Translations under genes and position numbers: made by a program
Shown: positions 30,801-40,487 of the stretch, in pieces
Layout: each line of letters starts with the position of its first letter
Numbering within the stretch: the first letter of the stretch is position 1
Notes under the pieces: generated by a model
The model's database searches: none
The model's input: the letters and a program-made list of their open reading frames with translations, nothing else
What the model was told of the DNA's origin: nothing
From: Verrucomicrobiota bacterium
Lineage (GTDB): Bacteria > Verrucomicrobiota > Verrucomicrobiia > Limisphaerales > AAA164-E04
Assembly: GCA_047947115.1 (NCBI GenBank)
Contig: CP170459.1
Location: 5,696,001-5,760,000, forward strand
Direction: 5' to 3'
Length of the DNA stretch: 64,000 nucleotides

Positions 30801-31550
30801 TCAGTAAAGAACAACATCTCCAACCTGGATGTCAGTCTGCAGCCATCCTGGCATGACGTTGGCGATGGAGCGGTCCTTTTCCACTGAAGAGATTTGCACT
30901 TTGCCAACCAGCTTACCTTCGCGGCTGACAAGCATCTCACCATTTTCCAAAGCACCGTCTTCTTCGCCCACGTTGAGCACCACAAATCCCCAATCAGGAT
31001 CCACGGAAAGCACGGAACCTTCCAGCCCATCACGCATGACAACCTTTTGGGAAGGTCCAACGAAACGGCTCAGTTCGTATTGGGTCTGATCCAACTGACG
31101 GGTTATGATCTCCTTTTCAGCTTCGATGGCGGCGATCTGGTTGTTGGCCTCCTGGAGCTGTTCCTTCATGGAAATCACATACTCCTGACTGACTCCCAGG
31201 CCTTTCCAAGTCTGTAATTCACGGCGAGCATCGGTCAAGGCATCGGTCGCTTCGGTCAACTGTGCGTCCAACTGGTCACCACGGGCCTTTTGCTGAGCCA
31301 GGGCCAGTCCCGCATTTTTAAGACTGTCTTTGGCTTCGGTCAGCTCACCCCGCAGCGTTTCAGCTGCTTCTTCAGCTTCACGTTGGGCGCTTTCAGCGGA
31401 TCGTTGGGCACTTTCGGCCTGGCTTCTAGCGGTGTTGGCCGTTGCCAGATCTGATTCCAAACCTGCGATTTTCGGCGCCACCTGGAATTGAGTAATTCCC
31501 AACGCTCCCAGTCCCAGTAAAATGACTAATATTAAGCCTGCTCTCAGCAT
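30801..31550 (-). CDS. Membrane-anchored coiled-coil protein with a C-terminal beta domain, function unknown
   Basis: N-terminal TM, about 140 aa of heptads, then GSVLSVDPDWGFVVLNVG..GDVVLY. Confidence 0.8.
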   Translation of the reverse strand: MLRAGLILVILLGLGALGITQFQVAPKIAGLESDLATANTARSQAESAQRSAESAQREAEEAAETLRGELTEAKDSLKNAGLALAQQKARGDQLDAQLTEATDALTDARRELQTWKGLGVSQEYVISMKEQLQEANNQIAAIEAEKEIITRQLDQTQYELSRFVGPSQKVVMRDGLEGSVLSVDPDWGFVVLNVGEEDGALENGEMLVSREGKLVGKVQISSVEKDRSIANVMPGWLQTDIQVGDVVLY

Positions 31551-31584
31551 AATCGATAAATTTATAAAGGTTACGAGTGGCGAC

Positions 31585-31614
31585 AGACTAGAGGAAATTC
31601 CGTTGCCCTGTCAA
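31585..31614 (-). promoter_or_regulatory. Sigma70-type promoter for the coiled-coil/lipoprotein pair
   Basis: TTGACA-N18-TAGTCT. Confidence 0.6.
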
Positions 31615-31661
31615 CTGTCGCATTCAATTAACTTTGATCCTGTTTTCCCAAATAAGTTCAA

Positions 31662-32750
31662 TTAACTCAGGATACGTTTTCCTTCACTCAGGAAGATTCC
31701 CTGGAAGTTCATCTTCAACGCATCTGCGTTGGAAGCCTTGGTAAGGGCTTCTTCTTCACTGACCAAACGATCTTTCACCAGTTTGAACAGGGCTTGATTG
31801 AAATTCTGCATTCCGTCCTCACCACCCGTTTCAATGCCTACACCCAATTTTTCCAAGCGATTTTCTTCAATCAACTTACGCATGGTCGGCGTATTAACCA
31901 TCACTTCGATCGCAGGAATCACGCCCCCTCCGATTTTACCCACCATGCGCTGACAAACAACAGCCCGCAAGGTCCCGGCCAGCTGACGACGGATCTGATC
32001 GCGCTCTTCGGATCGGAAAAAGTCGAGAATACGTGTCACTGACTGGGCGGCATTGGTGGTGTGTAAGGTGGAAAGGACCAAATGCCCGGTATCAGCCGCA
32101 CTCATAGCTGCGGAAAAGCTGATTGCATCACGCATTTCACCAATCATGATCACATCGGGATCCTGACGTAAAACATGCTTCAAACCGGCAGAAAAATTCA
32201 GCGAATCCAGACCTATTTCCCGCTGTTCAATCACCGATTTCTTGTCCGTGAAGACAAATTCGATGGGATCCTCCAAGGTCACAATGTGCTTGCGGCTGGA
32301 TTCGTTGATGTGCTGAATCATGGCAGCCAGCGTGGTGGACTTACCGGAACCGGTGGTGCCGGATACCAACACAATGCCGCGAGGCGCGACGGCAATCTCC
32401 TTCAGCACCGGTATCAACCCCAAGTCTTCAAAACTGGGGATATCCGTTTTGACGTAGCGCATGGAGAGCGCGAATGTTCCACGCTGCTGGAAACAATTGG
32501 TACGAAAACGGCCAACTCCTTCGGAAAAATACGAAAAATCGATCTCCCGCTCAGCTTCAAGAACGTCCTTCAAGTGAATGGGGACGATGGCATCCAAAAC
32601 TTGCCCCATCCATTCAACGGTGGGCTTGGGAGCTTCAATATCAACCAAATTGCCATCGATGCGAAAAATGATGGGGTGGCCGACTTTAATGTGTACATCA
32701 GAAGCACCGCCATCAACGGCGGTGCGTAAAATTCGATTGAACAGTTCCAT
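31662..32750 (-). CDS. pilT: PilT/PilU family type IV pilus retraction ATPase
   Basis: ASDVH, GTTGSGKST, TLEDPIE, LRQDPD, GEMRD, TGHLVLSTLHT. Confidence 0.93.
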   Translation of the reverse strand: MELFNRILRTAVDGGASDVHIKVGHPIIFRIDGNLVDIEAPKPTVEWMGQVLDAIVPIHLKDVLEAEREIDFSYFSEGVGRFRTNCFQQRGTFALSMRYVKTDIPSFEDLGLIPVLKEIAVAPRGIVLVSGTTGSGKSTTLAAMIQHINESSRKHIVTLEDPIEFVFTDKKSVIEQREIGLDSLNFSAGLKHVLRQDPDVIMIGEMRDAISFSAAMSAADTGHLVLSTLHTTNAAQSVTRILDFFRSEERDQIRRQLAGTLRAVVCQRMVGKIGGGVIPAIEVMVNTPTMRKLIEENRLEKLGVGIETGGEDGMQNFNQALFKLVKDRLVSEEEALTKASNADALKMNFQGIFLSEGKRILS

Positions 32751-32783
32751 AAATCTCAATTGTGAGGGGTTCCTCCCCCTCTT

Positions 32784-33116
32784 TTAAAGCGTCATACGCT
32801 GCACGCGTGCCAGGGCTTCCACCTGGGATTGAGCCTCGGCTTCCATCCCGACAAACAGGATGGAGATAACGAAACCACTGTGCTTGTTGCCGCTGGCCCC
32901 AACGACGATGCCGTTACAATGAATCGGCGCATCGGAATTGGGAGACTTGAGATCGATGGTCAATTCTGACCATACCGGAAGTTCTCGACTGGATAAAAAC
33001 TCAACTCCATTGGATCGGACACTCACCGCTTCAGGTGGCAATGTAAACTCAATTTCACTTGAACGAACCGTCATAGGTTCGAATACGCCCGAATTATCCA
33101 ATTTTGTTGTTTTCAT
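32784..33116 (-). CDS. Small PilZ-like beta-barrel protein
   Basis: SVRSNGVEF..IHCNGIVV..ISILF pattern; no canonical RxxxR; adjacent to pilT. Confidence 0.6.
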   Translation of the reverse strand: MKTTKLDNSGVFEPMTVRSSEIEFTLPPEAVSVRSNGVEFLSSRELPVWSELTIDLKSPNSDAPIHCNGIVVGASGNKHSGFVISILFVGMEAEAQSQVEALARVQRMTL

Positions 33117-33131
33117 ACGTCTAGGATAAAT

Positions 33132-33159
33132 ACAATACCACGAAATCACATTTCGTCAA
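33132..33159 (-). promoter_or_regulatory. Promoter with an overlapping palindromic operator
   Basis: TTGACG-N16-TATTGT with TGn extension; perfect dyad ACGAAAT-CAC-ATTTCGT at 33140-33156. Confidence 0.55.
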
Positions 33160-33201
33160 TAAACCCACTGAAGGAATCTTAACCTCCACCAAACCAGAAC
33201 G

Positions 33202-34245
33202 TTACCACTCAATTACCGCCGCCCCCCAAGTCAAACCGGCCCCAAAAACAACCAACAGGATCAAATCCCCACGCTGAATCCGCCCTTCTTCAACAACTTG
33301 ATCCAGCGCAATGGCCACAGAAGCAGCAGATGTGTTGCCAAATTTGTCAACATTGATAAAAATTTGTTCTTCTTTTGCACCCAATCGATCCCCCACCGCA
33401 CTCATGATCCGCAGATTGGCCTGATGAGGTATGATACACTTGATCTGACTGATATCCAACTGACAACGTTCAAGTGCCTTTTGTGCGGCTTTATACATGG
33501 CTGTTACCGCACTCTTGAACGTCTCTTTGCCATCCATTCGCAGGTAATGAAGCCGCTGATCCACGGAATCTCCCGTCGCCGGACACCGACTTCCCCCTCC
33601 CGGCATGGACAAGAGCCCGGCTTTTCCACCGTCAGCCCCCATGCAGGCGGTCAGAAGCCCATGAGACTGCTCCCTGTTTTGAAGTATCGCCGCCCCAGCA
33701 CCATCACCAAACAGAACGCAGGTATTGCGATCCTTCCAATCAATAATCGAGGAAAGCTTTTCCGCCCCAATAACCAACACCGTATCATAGGTGCGCGACA
33801 TGATGAATTGCTGGGCAATTTCCAATGCATATACAAAACCGGAACAAGCAGCCTCAAGGTCAAATGCGGCAGCGTTCACAGCCCCAATGTTGCTTTGCAC
33901 CAAGCATGCCGTGCTGGGAAAAGGCATGTCTGGAGTGATGGTGGCGACAATGATAAGATCAATTTCCTCCCCCTTGATACCAGCTTTCTCCATGGCATTC
34001 CTGGCAGCTTCGGTAGCCAAATCAGAGGTAAATTGTTCCGGCGAAGCTATGCGACGTTCCTTGATCCCGGTTCGAGACGTGATCCATTCATCACTCGTCT
34101 CAACCATTTTTTCCAAATCAGCATTGGTCAACCGTTTTTCAGGAACGTAAGAGCCAACAGATACAATAGAACACGTACGCCCCTTAAACCCATGCTCGGC
34201 ACGCGGATTGATGAATTCGACGTTGTCTGGCAATGAATCAGTCAT
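33202..34245 (-). CDS. fabH: Beta-ketoacyl-ACP synthase III
   Basis: AACSGF, FGDGAGA, PHQAN, GNTSAAS. Confidence 0.97.
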   Translation of the reverse strand: MTDSLPDNVEFINPRAEHGFKGRTCSIVSVGSYVPEKRLTNADLEKMVETSDEWITSRTGIKERRIASPEQFTSDLATEAARNAMEKAGIKGEEIDLIIVATITPDMPFPSTACLVQSNIGAVNAAAFDLEAACSGFVYALEIAQQFIMSRTYDTVLVIGAEKLSSIIDWKDRNTCVLFGDGAGAAILQNREQSHGLLTACMGADGGKAGLLSMPGGGSRCPATGDSVDQRLHYLRMDGKETFKSAVTAMYKAAQKALERCQLDISQIKCIIPHQANLRIMSAVGDRLGAKEEQIFINVDKFGNTSAASVAIALDQVVEEGRIQRGDLILLVVFGAGLTWGAAVIEW

Positions 34246-34270
34246 AAAAAATTCTTCCAAGAAACAGCAT

Positions 34271-35284
34271 TTAAGAATCCAAACGACCGTTGGCAATGGA
34301 GATAGCCTCGGTCATTTGCTCGTTGATGTGATGCTCAAACGCTCTAGCTGTCATGCGAATGGCATTATTGAAAGCAGTGGTACCGGCAGAACCGTGGGCG
34401 ATAAAAACGTTGCCATTCAACCCCAACAACGGAGCACCGCCATAGGCATCGGGATCCATGCGACTCTTAATGGTCTTAAATGCGCCCTTTGCCATCATCG
34501 CTCCCATTTTCCGGACAGGAGTCGCTGTCAATTCACGTTTAAGCCAGGAAAACATGCCATGCGCCAAACTCTCACAAGTCTTGAGCACGATATTCCCTAT
34601 AAAGCCGTCGCACACCACCACATCCACCCGATTTGAAAACAGGTCATGCCCTTCGACATTTCCAATAAAATTCAGATCGAGTTTTTTACAAAGTTTAAAG
34701 GCCTCCAAGGTCAGATCATTCCCTTTGACATCTTCGGTCCCCACACTCAATACACCGACGCGCGGATCCTTGAGCTTGAGCACCTCGCGAGCGTAAACCT
34801 CTCCCATCACAGCGTAATGCGCAAGGTGAACGGGTTTGGAGTCAACATTGGCCCCGGCATCCAGCAAAACGAATTCATTTTCCGGCGCAGGAATCACGGT
34901 AGCAATACCTGCTCGCTCCAGCCCGGGAAGTCTCCGAAGCTTGACGGTCGAGACTGCGACCACTCCGCCCGTGTTCCCCGGCGACAGGAACGCATCGACT
35001 TCGCCACTCTTTACGAGGTCAACACCCTTGGCGATGGAGCAGTTCTTCTTGCGACGAACAGCATCCACCGGTTTGTCCTCCATTGTAAGGACTTCATCGG
35101 CATGATGTACAGAGATACGCGCATCCGCGTTCCCTTTGGCATCCAATTCGCGCCGGATTTCATCTTCTCGACCAACCAAAACGGCTGATTCAACAGAGGG
35201 AAGAGAATTGAGCGCCAATAAAACGCCGTCAAGAATCACGCCGCAGCCATGGTCTCCCCCCATGACATCGACCGCGATACGCAT
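34271..35284 (-). CDS. plsX: Phosphate acyltransferase PlsX
   Basis: MRIAVDVMGGD, GNTG, LDAGAN, GNVEG, GGAPLLG. Confidence 0.97.
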   Translation of the reverse strand: MRIAVDVMGGDHGCGVILDGVLLALNSLPSVESAVLVGREDEIRRELDAKGNADARISVHHADEVLTMEDKPVDAVRRKKNCSIAKGVDLVKSGEVDAFLSPGNTGGVVAVSTVKLRRLPGLERAGIATVIPAPENEFVLLDAGANVDSKPVHLAHYAVMGEVYAREVLKLKDPRVGVLSVGTEDVKGNDLTLEAFKLCKKLDLNFIGNVEGHDLFSNRVDVVVCDGFIGNIVLKTCESLAHGMFSWLKRELTATPVRKMGAMMAKGAFKTIKSRMDPDAYGGAPLLGLNGNVFIAHGSAGTTAFNNAIRMTARAFEHHINEQMTEAISIANGRLDS

Positions 35285-35341
35285 CGACTGATTAATGGAA
35301 TGAAATGAATTAAATCCTCACTGAAAACCCAAGATCAGAGA

Positions 35342-35527
35342 TCAATAGGCTTCAATGTTGACCACTTGCCGGCCTTTGTAATGCCCGCAAGCGGGGCAAA
35401 CACGATGCGGCACGAAGGGAGCGGCACATTGAGGGCAAACACTCAATTGCGGCAGGTTCAATACACTGTTGGAGGCCCGGCGTTTACGCTGCGCGCTCCT
35501 CGAAGGTTTTCTCTTAGGTACACCCAT
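35342..35527 (-). CDS. rpmF: 50S ribosomal protein L32
   Basis: MGVPKRKPS, CPQC..PHRVCPACGHYKG. Confidence 0.97.
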   Translation of the reverse strand: MGVPKRKPSRSAQRKRRASNSVLNLPQLSVCPQCAAPFVPHRVCPACGHYKGRQVVNIEAY

Positions 35528-35530
35528 ATT

Positions 35531-36028
35531 TCAGTCTTTGTCGTTTTCCAATTTTAAATCGTCCAACGCAGCCCAAGGTGAAGAACCCGTAGCCTCCACC
35601 TCGTCATCCGAAACCGCCGCCGAGTCCACCTGAGAAACCATTCCCTGGCAGTCCTGACCGCAAACCGGATGCTGCGGTAAAACGAGCAAAATATCCTCTC
35701 TTAATACTGCGGTCAAGTCAACCGTATCATTATTTATCGGTAAACTTTCTTCTCCCTCCAACGCAACGAAGCCATGCCAGTCACAAATCGTGGCTTCATA
35801 CTCGAACGATTTCAAGCAACGAGCGCATTCACAACGGTAGATTTGAGAGAGTTCGCCCTGCAAAAGCAGGTTCTCCTCGTGCTTTTCAATCCATAAACGG
35901 TATTGAAGCGGACCTGCCGGATGAAGTAATTCGTCATGCAACCCCAAATCCAACTCCTCCTCAGGAATCTCTCCCTCATAGTTTTTCCCGTCGGATTCCA
36001 AATGCTTGATGTCAATTGTGAAAGCCAT
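35531..36028 (-). CDS. yceD: YceD/DUF177 family protein
   Basis: CARCL and CGQDCQG motifs; conserved position upstream of rpmF. Confidence 0.9.
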   Translation of the reverse strand: MAFTIDIKHLESDGKNYEGEIPEEELDLGLHDELLHPAGPLQYRLWIEKHEENLLLQGELSQIYRCECARCLKSFEYEATICDWHGFVALEGEESLPINNDTVDLTAVLREDILLVLPQHPVCGQDCQGMVSQVDSAAVSDDEVEATGSSPWAALDDLKLENDKD

Positions 36029-36032
36029 GATG

Positions 36033-36539
36033 TTATTCCGGTTGCAGACTATGACGTTTGATTTCTTCAGCCCGTTCCAGCATGGCGCGCAAAACCGGAG
36101 CAGGGACAAACTCTTTGATATCCCCTCCCAATGAAGCCACTTCCTTGACCATGCGTGAGCTGAGAAAAGTGTATTTATCTTTGGGCATCATAAAAATCGT
36201 CTCAATTGAAGAGTCCAGGTGACGATTCATCAGAGCCAACTGAAACTCAAATTCAAAATCAGAAATAGCTCGCAACCCGCGAATGATGGCCTGCGCCCCC
36301 TTACCTACCGCATAATCCACCAACAATCCGTCGAATGTCTCCACCGAAACACCTTCCATATCGCTCAAGGATTCACTCGCCAGCTCTACCCGTTCTTCTT
36401 TGGTGAACATCGGCTTCTTGCTCTCGTTGTTGGCGATGGCCACGATCACCCGGTCGAACAACTTGTCGGCCCTTCGTATCACATCCAGATGACCGTTCGT
36501 CAAGGGATCAAAGCTCCCCGGGTAAATGCCCAATTTCAT
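36033..36539 (-). CDS. coaD: Pantetheine-phosphate adenylyltransferase
   Basis: YPGSFDPLTNGH, RGLRAISDFEFE. Confidence 0.98.
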   Translation of the reverse strand: MKLGIYPGSFDPLTNGHLDVIRRADKLFDRVIVAIANNESKKPMFTKEERVELASESLSDMEGVSVETFDGLLVDYAVGKGAQAIIRGLRAISDFEFEFQLALMNRHLDSSIETIFMMPKDKYTFLSSRMVKEVASLGGDIKEFVPAPVLRAMLERAEEIKRHSLQPE

Positions 36540-36581
36540 AAGCGCAAATTACTACAAGACCTTTCAAAACACGAAGACTTT

Positions 36582-37649
36582 CTATTTCGCACGCGTCTCA
36601 AACCGACGCTGATGACCAGAGCCCGGCAAAGCCACCACATAGGCGCCTCCATCAGAATCCACACTCAAATGTATAGGATGACCCTCACAATCTTTTTCGA
36701 GATTGGCAATATGCACGTCGTCTGTGTTGTTCTCTACATCCGCCCGCAGATTCTTATGCACCTGATACATGGCCTGGATCGAGGAAGTCGCCTTGAGTGC
36801 CGCAAAGGTCGCGGGACCACATCCCTTGGTCACACCGTTGTTCATGATGGATACCGTCGGTTTCAGGGACTGAATCACGGCCGGATGATTGCTCTGATCC
36901 AAACCATGATGTGTCACCTGATACACATCAACCGTTCCCACCTTGTTTTCAGGGCAAATCAGTTTCTTCTCAACGTTCCAGGTCAGATCACCTGCATCAA
37001 AAAAACGAAATCCACCAAAATCCACGACCACCACCACGCTGTTGGCGTTGTCGGAAAGATCCTCAGGTTTGCTTGGAATGGATGCATCACACACGGAGGA
37101 ACCAGCCATCAGCGGCTTCTTCACAAAAACCTGATCAGCCCCCACGCACGTCAACGCCACGCCGGCAGTTCCAAAGGTTTGCTTCAAAGGCAATTGCATA
37201 CCAGGCTGAATGATCAGGCGTTCTTCGACCTCCATATCGCGGTAAGGCTTGATAAGTAAAGGGTACCGGGCGTCGTTCCTGTTTCGATCGGGGCTTTGTT
37301 CTGGAATCCCACGGTCGTAGACCACTTTTATCGGCATGAGTTGTGCCAACTGGGCTGCGCCACCAAAATGATCCAGATGAAAATGGGTGGTGATCAGATA
37401 ATCAATCTGCTTTAGACCAGCCATCTTGGTGGCCACCTCATGAATACGAGAAGCATCACGTGCCCCGGGATTCCCCGAATCAATCAAGACCGACTCCCCT
37501 GCCGGCGTCACGATCAGTGTCGAGGCTCCCCCTTCCACATCAACCCAATAAATGTCCAACTGACCATTTGCTTTGCCTGCAACCATATTCATAGAAGAAG
37601 TGATCGCGCACAAAAGGAACAGAAAAAGAGATAAGTAAGAGTATTTCAT
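36582..37649 (-). CDS. Secreted MBL-fold metallo-hydrolase (ComEC/Rec2 MBL-like)
   Basis: Signal peptide; DVEGG, THFHLDHFGG, NANS, AGDL, THHG. Confidence 0.85.
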   Translation of the reverse strand: MKYSYLSLFLFLLCAITSSMNMVAGKANGQLDIYWVDVEGGASTLIVTPAGESVLIDSGNPGARDASRIHEVATKMAGLKQIDYLITTHFHLDHFGGAAQLAQLMPIKVVYDRGIPEQSPDRNRNDARYPLLIKPYRDMEVEERLIIQPGMQLPLKQTFGTAGVALTCVGADQVFVKKPLMAGSSVCDASIPSKPEDLSDNANSVVVVVDFGGFRFFDAGDLTWNVEKKLICPENKVGTVDVYQVTHHGLDQSNHPAVIQSLKPTVSIMNNGVTKGCGPATFAALKATSSIQAMYQVHKNLRADVENNTDDVHIANLEKDCEGHPIHLSVDSDGGAYVVALPGSGHQRRFETRAK

Positions 37650-37827
37650 GACGGTTTGTTCAATGATTGACGACAGCAGATCGCAAACGGAAACGGGGCG
37701 CAAGCTAAATGAAAATCCAGGGCACGATTTGCGCATCAAATAAAAATCGTCAGATTTTTGCGATTTTGACTTGTCAAAGGCAGGGCCACTGCGTTGAATA
37801 CCTGCCCTTGCCGTCAAAGGCAAAAGT

Positions 37828-37903
<76 letters not shown>

Positions 37904-37917
37904 TTTTTTTGTACTTC

Positions 37918-37943
37918 TCCAGTCCTGATTTCCAGTCCTGATT
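37918..37943 (+). repeat. 13-bp tandem duplication just downstream of the tRNA
   Basis: TCCAGTCCTGATT twice. Confidence 0.75.
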
Positions 37944-37946
37944 CGG

Positions 37947-38279
37947 TCATTTCCCCGTTAACCAAAGAAACAAAAGCACTGCTGCGAACAAAAGCACATC
38001 TTTGACTGTTGGTTTCACAAACAGTTTGAATTCTGTCTTCCTCCGCTCACTGCTTTCAACATCGTAGAAACCACCTGCAATGCAAACAATTAAGTAAACG
38101 GCAAAAGATATACTGAATAGTCCAAACAGTTCCCCGAAGAAATCAGGTCTAACCAAGGCAATGAATGGCAAGGCAAGCGAACCATAAAACAATCGAATGA
38201 AGAATCCTCGAAAAAAAGTGACCGAGGGATTGCTCGGTTCCAAAGGAATGCTGTTTTCACTTTTGTCCATATTACACAC
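37947..38279 (-). CDS. Hypothetical small membrane protein (3 TM)
   Basis: Hydrophobic Phe-rich ORF; visibly more AT-rich than its neighbours. Confidence 0.55.
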   Translation of the reverse strand: MCNMDKSENSIPLEPSNPSVTFFRGFFIRLFYGSLALPFIALVRPDFFGELFGLFSISFAVYLIVCIAGGFYDVESSERRKTEFKLFVKPTVKDVLLFAAVLLFLWLTGK

Positions 38280-38672
38280 TTAACAATTCTCGAAACATCG
38301 AAAAAACTCTCGTTACCCCAAAACTACCAAGCCCCCCCCTCATCCACAACAAGTTTCACTGACGGACCACCCATGATACGCCTGATCCAGTACCCTCTCC
38401 AATCCCTAAACGAATCAATGCCAATATTCACACAAGACTTCAATGAGATACCCATGTCATCTTCAATTCGTTACAGACGACAAAAATCAAGTAATCTGCG
38501 AACATCTGCGGTGAACCAAAACACAACCAATCGAAGACCAAAAAGCACTCACCTCCCACACGATTTACCTTGGCGAATGGTGAACTTGAATTAAAGTGAC
38601 GCCATTCCACTAGGTCAGCCATTTCAATGAACTTGAATTGCACTAAACACCCGTAAAGGAATTTTAAATAAT

Positions 38673-40238
38673 ATGATGAGATCAAATCATTACAAAGCAC
38701 TGACCATAGCCATCGCCGGCATGTGCGGGGCATGGCACTTGAACGCCGAAATCAGCGTTCCATCAATCATTGGCAACAACATGGTGTTGCAACGCGAGCA
38801 GGACAACCCGCTCTGGGGTTGGGCGGACCCGAATGAAGTTGTCACCGTCAGCATCCATGACCAAAAGGTCCAAACACGAGCTGCAGAAGACGGCGGCTGG
38901 AAAGCTACTTTGGCGCCTCTCCCTGTGGGTGGCCCCTACGACCTGACCATCAGCGGCAAGAACACCCTTCGCTTCGAAAACGTATTGGTAGGTGAAGTCT
39001 GGATCTGCTCCGGACAATCCAACATGCAGTGGTCGGTCAACGCGTCGAATGATCCCGACCTGGAACGACTCAGCGCCAATTACCCACAAATCCGACTCAT
39101 CACGGTCCCCCGCGTCGGGACTCAGGAACCACAATACGATTTTGAAGGTCAATGGGAGGAGTGCTCCGGAGACACAGTCGGCGGATTCTCAGCGGTCGGT
39201 TACTTTTTTGGCCGCCAATTGCATCAAACCTTGAACGTGCCGATCGGACTTATCAACAACGCCTGGGGCGGTTCCGCGGCGGAGGCATGGGTGCGGCGTG
39301 ACCTGCTGGAAGCGGATTCACGATACGTTCCACTCTTGGAACGATGGGCCAAAACAGAATCAGACGAAAAACTGACCGGTCAAATGGCGGATTACGAGAA
39401 AGCCCTCGCTGAATGGAAAGTGGCCGCCGCCAACGCACGTGCCCTGGGGGAAAACCCACCCCGCCGCCCGAACCGACCCAACAACCAACTCACCGGCAAC
39501 CACCGCCCCTCCAACATTTATAATGGTGTCCTCAATCCGACCATCGGCTATGGCATCAAAGGAGCGATCTGGTATCAGGGCGAAAGCAACGCAGGCCGGG
39601 CCTACCAATACCGCCACTTGTTTCCTCTGATGATCCAGAATTGGCGCGATGTCTGGAAGCAGGGAGATTTCCCTTTCTACTACGTGCAACTGGCGGATTT
39701 CAGGCTCGAAAAAGATCAACCGGCGGACAGCGACTGGGCCGAGTTGCGCGAAGCCCAAACCTTGACCATGAGCAAGCTTCCCAACACAGGGGAAGCCGTG
39801 ATCATTGATTTGGGAGAGGCCCAAGACATTCACCCTAAAAACAAGGAAGATGTAGGCAAACGCCTGGCACGCTGGGCACTGGCCAAAGATTACGGTTATA
39901 ACATCGTTTATCGCAGCCCTATCTACCAATCAATGGACCGCCAGGGCAGCAAAATCATTGTCTCTTTTGATCATGTGGGAGGTGGTTTGGACTTGTTCGA
40001 TGTGCAGAAACCAATCGGCTTCACCATCGCAGGCGCCGATCAAACCTTTGTCCATGCGGAAGCAAAAATCATAAACGAACGTCAGGTGGAAGTCTGGAGT
40101 GAGTCCGTCTCTGATCCGGTTGCCGTGCGCTACGCGTGGGCAGACAACCCAGTTTGCAACGTGCAAAACAAGGAAGGCCTGCCTTTGACACCTTTCCGCA
40201 CTGACGACTGGCCGGGAATCACCATCAACAACCGCTGA
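38673..40238 (+). CDS. Sialate O-acetylesterase-like (SASA) secreted esterase
   Basis: [39 protein letters not shown]. Confidence 0.92.
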   Translation: MMRSNHYKALTIAIAGMCGAWHLNAEISVPSIIGNNMVLQREQDNPLWGWADPNEVVTVSIHDQKVQTRAAEDGGWKATLAPLPVGGPYDLTISGKNTLRFENVLVGEVWICSGQSNMQWSVNASNDPDLERLSANYPQIRLITVPRVGTQEPQYDFEGQWEECSGDTVGGFSAVGYFFGRQLHQTLNVPIGLINNAWGGSAAEAWVRRDLLEADSRYVPLLERWAKTESDEKLTGQMADYEKALAEWKVAAANARALGENPPRRPNRPNNQLTGNHRPSNIYNGVLNPTIGYGIKGAIWYQGESNAGRAYQYRHLFPLMIQNWRDVWKQGDFPFYYVQLADFRLEKDQPADSDWAELREAQTLTMSKLPNTGEAVIIDLGEAQDIHPKNKEDVGKRLARWALAKDYGYNIVYRSPIYQSMDRQGSKIIVSFDHVGGGLDLFDVQKPIGFTIAGADQTFVHAEAKIINERQVEVWSESVSDPVAVRYAWADNPVCNVQNKEGLPLTPFRTDDWPGITINNR

Positions 40239-40261
40239 TTTGAGAACAATCTAATCAAACC

Positions 40262-40293
40262 AAAAAGGCGCATCTTCGGATGCGCCTTTTTTT
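40262..40293 (+). terminator. Intrinsic terminator
   Basis: AAAAAGGCGCATC-TTCG-GATGCGCCTTTTTTT. Confidence 0.93.
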
Positions 40294-40487
40294 ATAAGTC
40301 CTGATTAAAACGACTGAGCACTCAAATGACAGAAACCGGATCATAGGTCGGGCGCAATGCCTGCTCTGCCCGGCTCAGGAAAATTTGGACAGGATAGGAC
40401 AAGGTCACACCATTTCCAACCGCGCCCCCCCCTGACATCGTTCATCCCAAACTCCCTTTAATCATCGCTTCAGCACAGCACAAATCT

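Noticed and set aside
36582..37649. True ComEC DNA-uptake channel
   Set aside because: Only a secreted MBL domain is present; there is no multi-TM competence domain.
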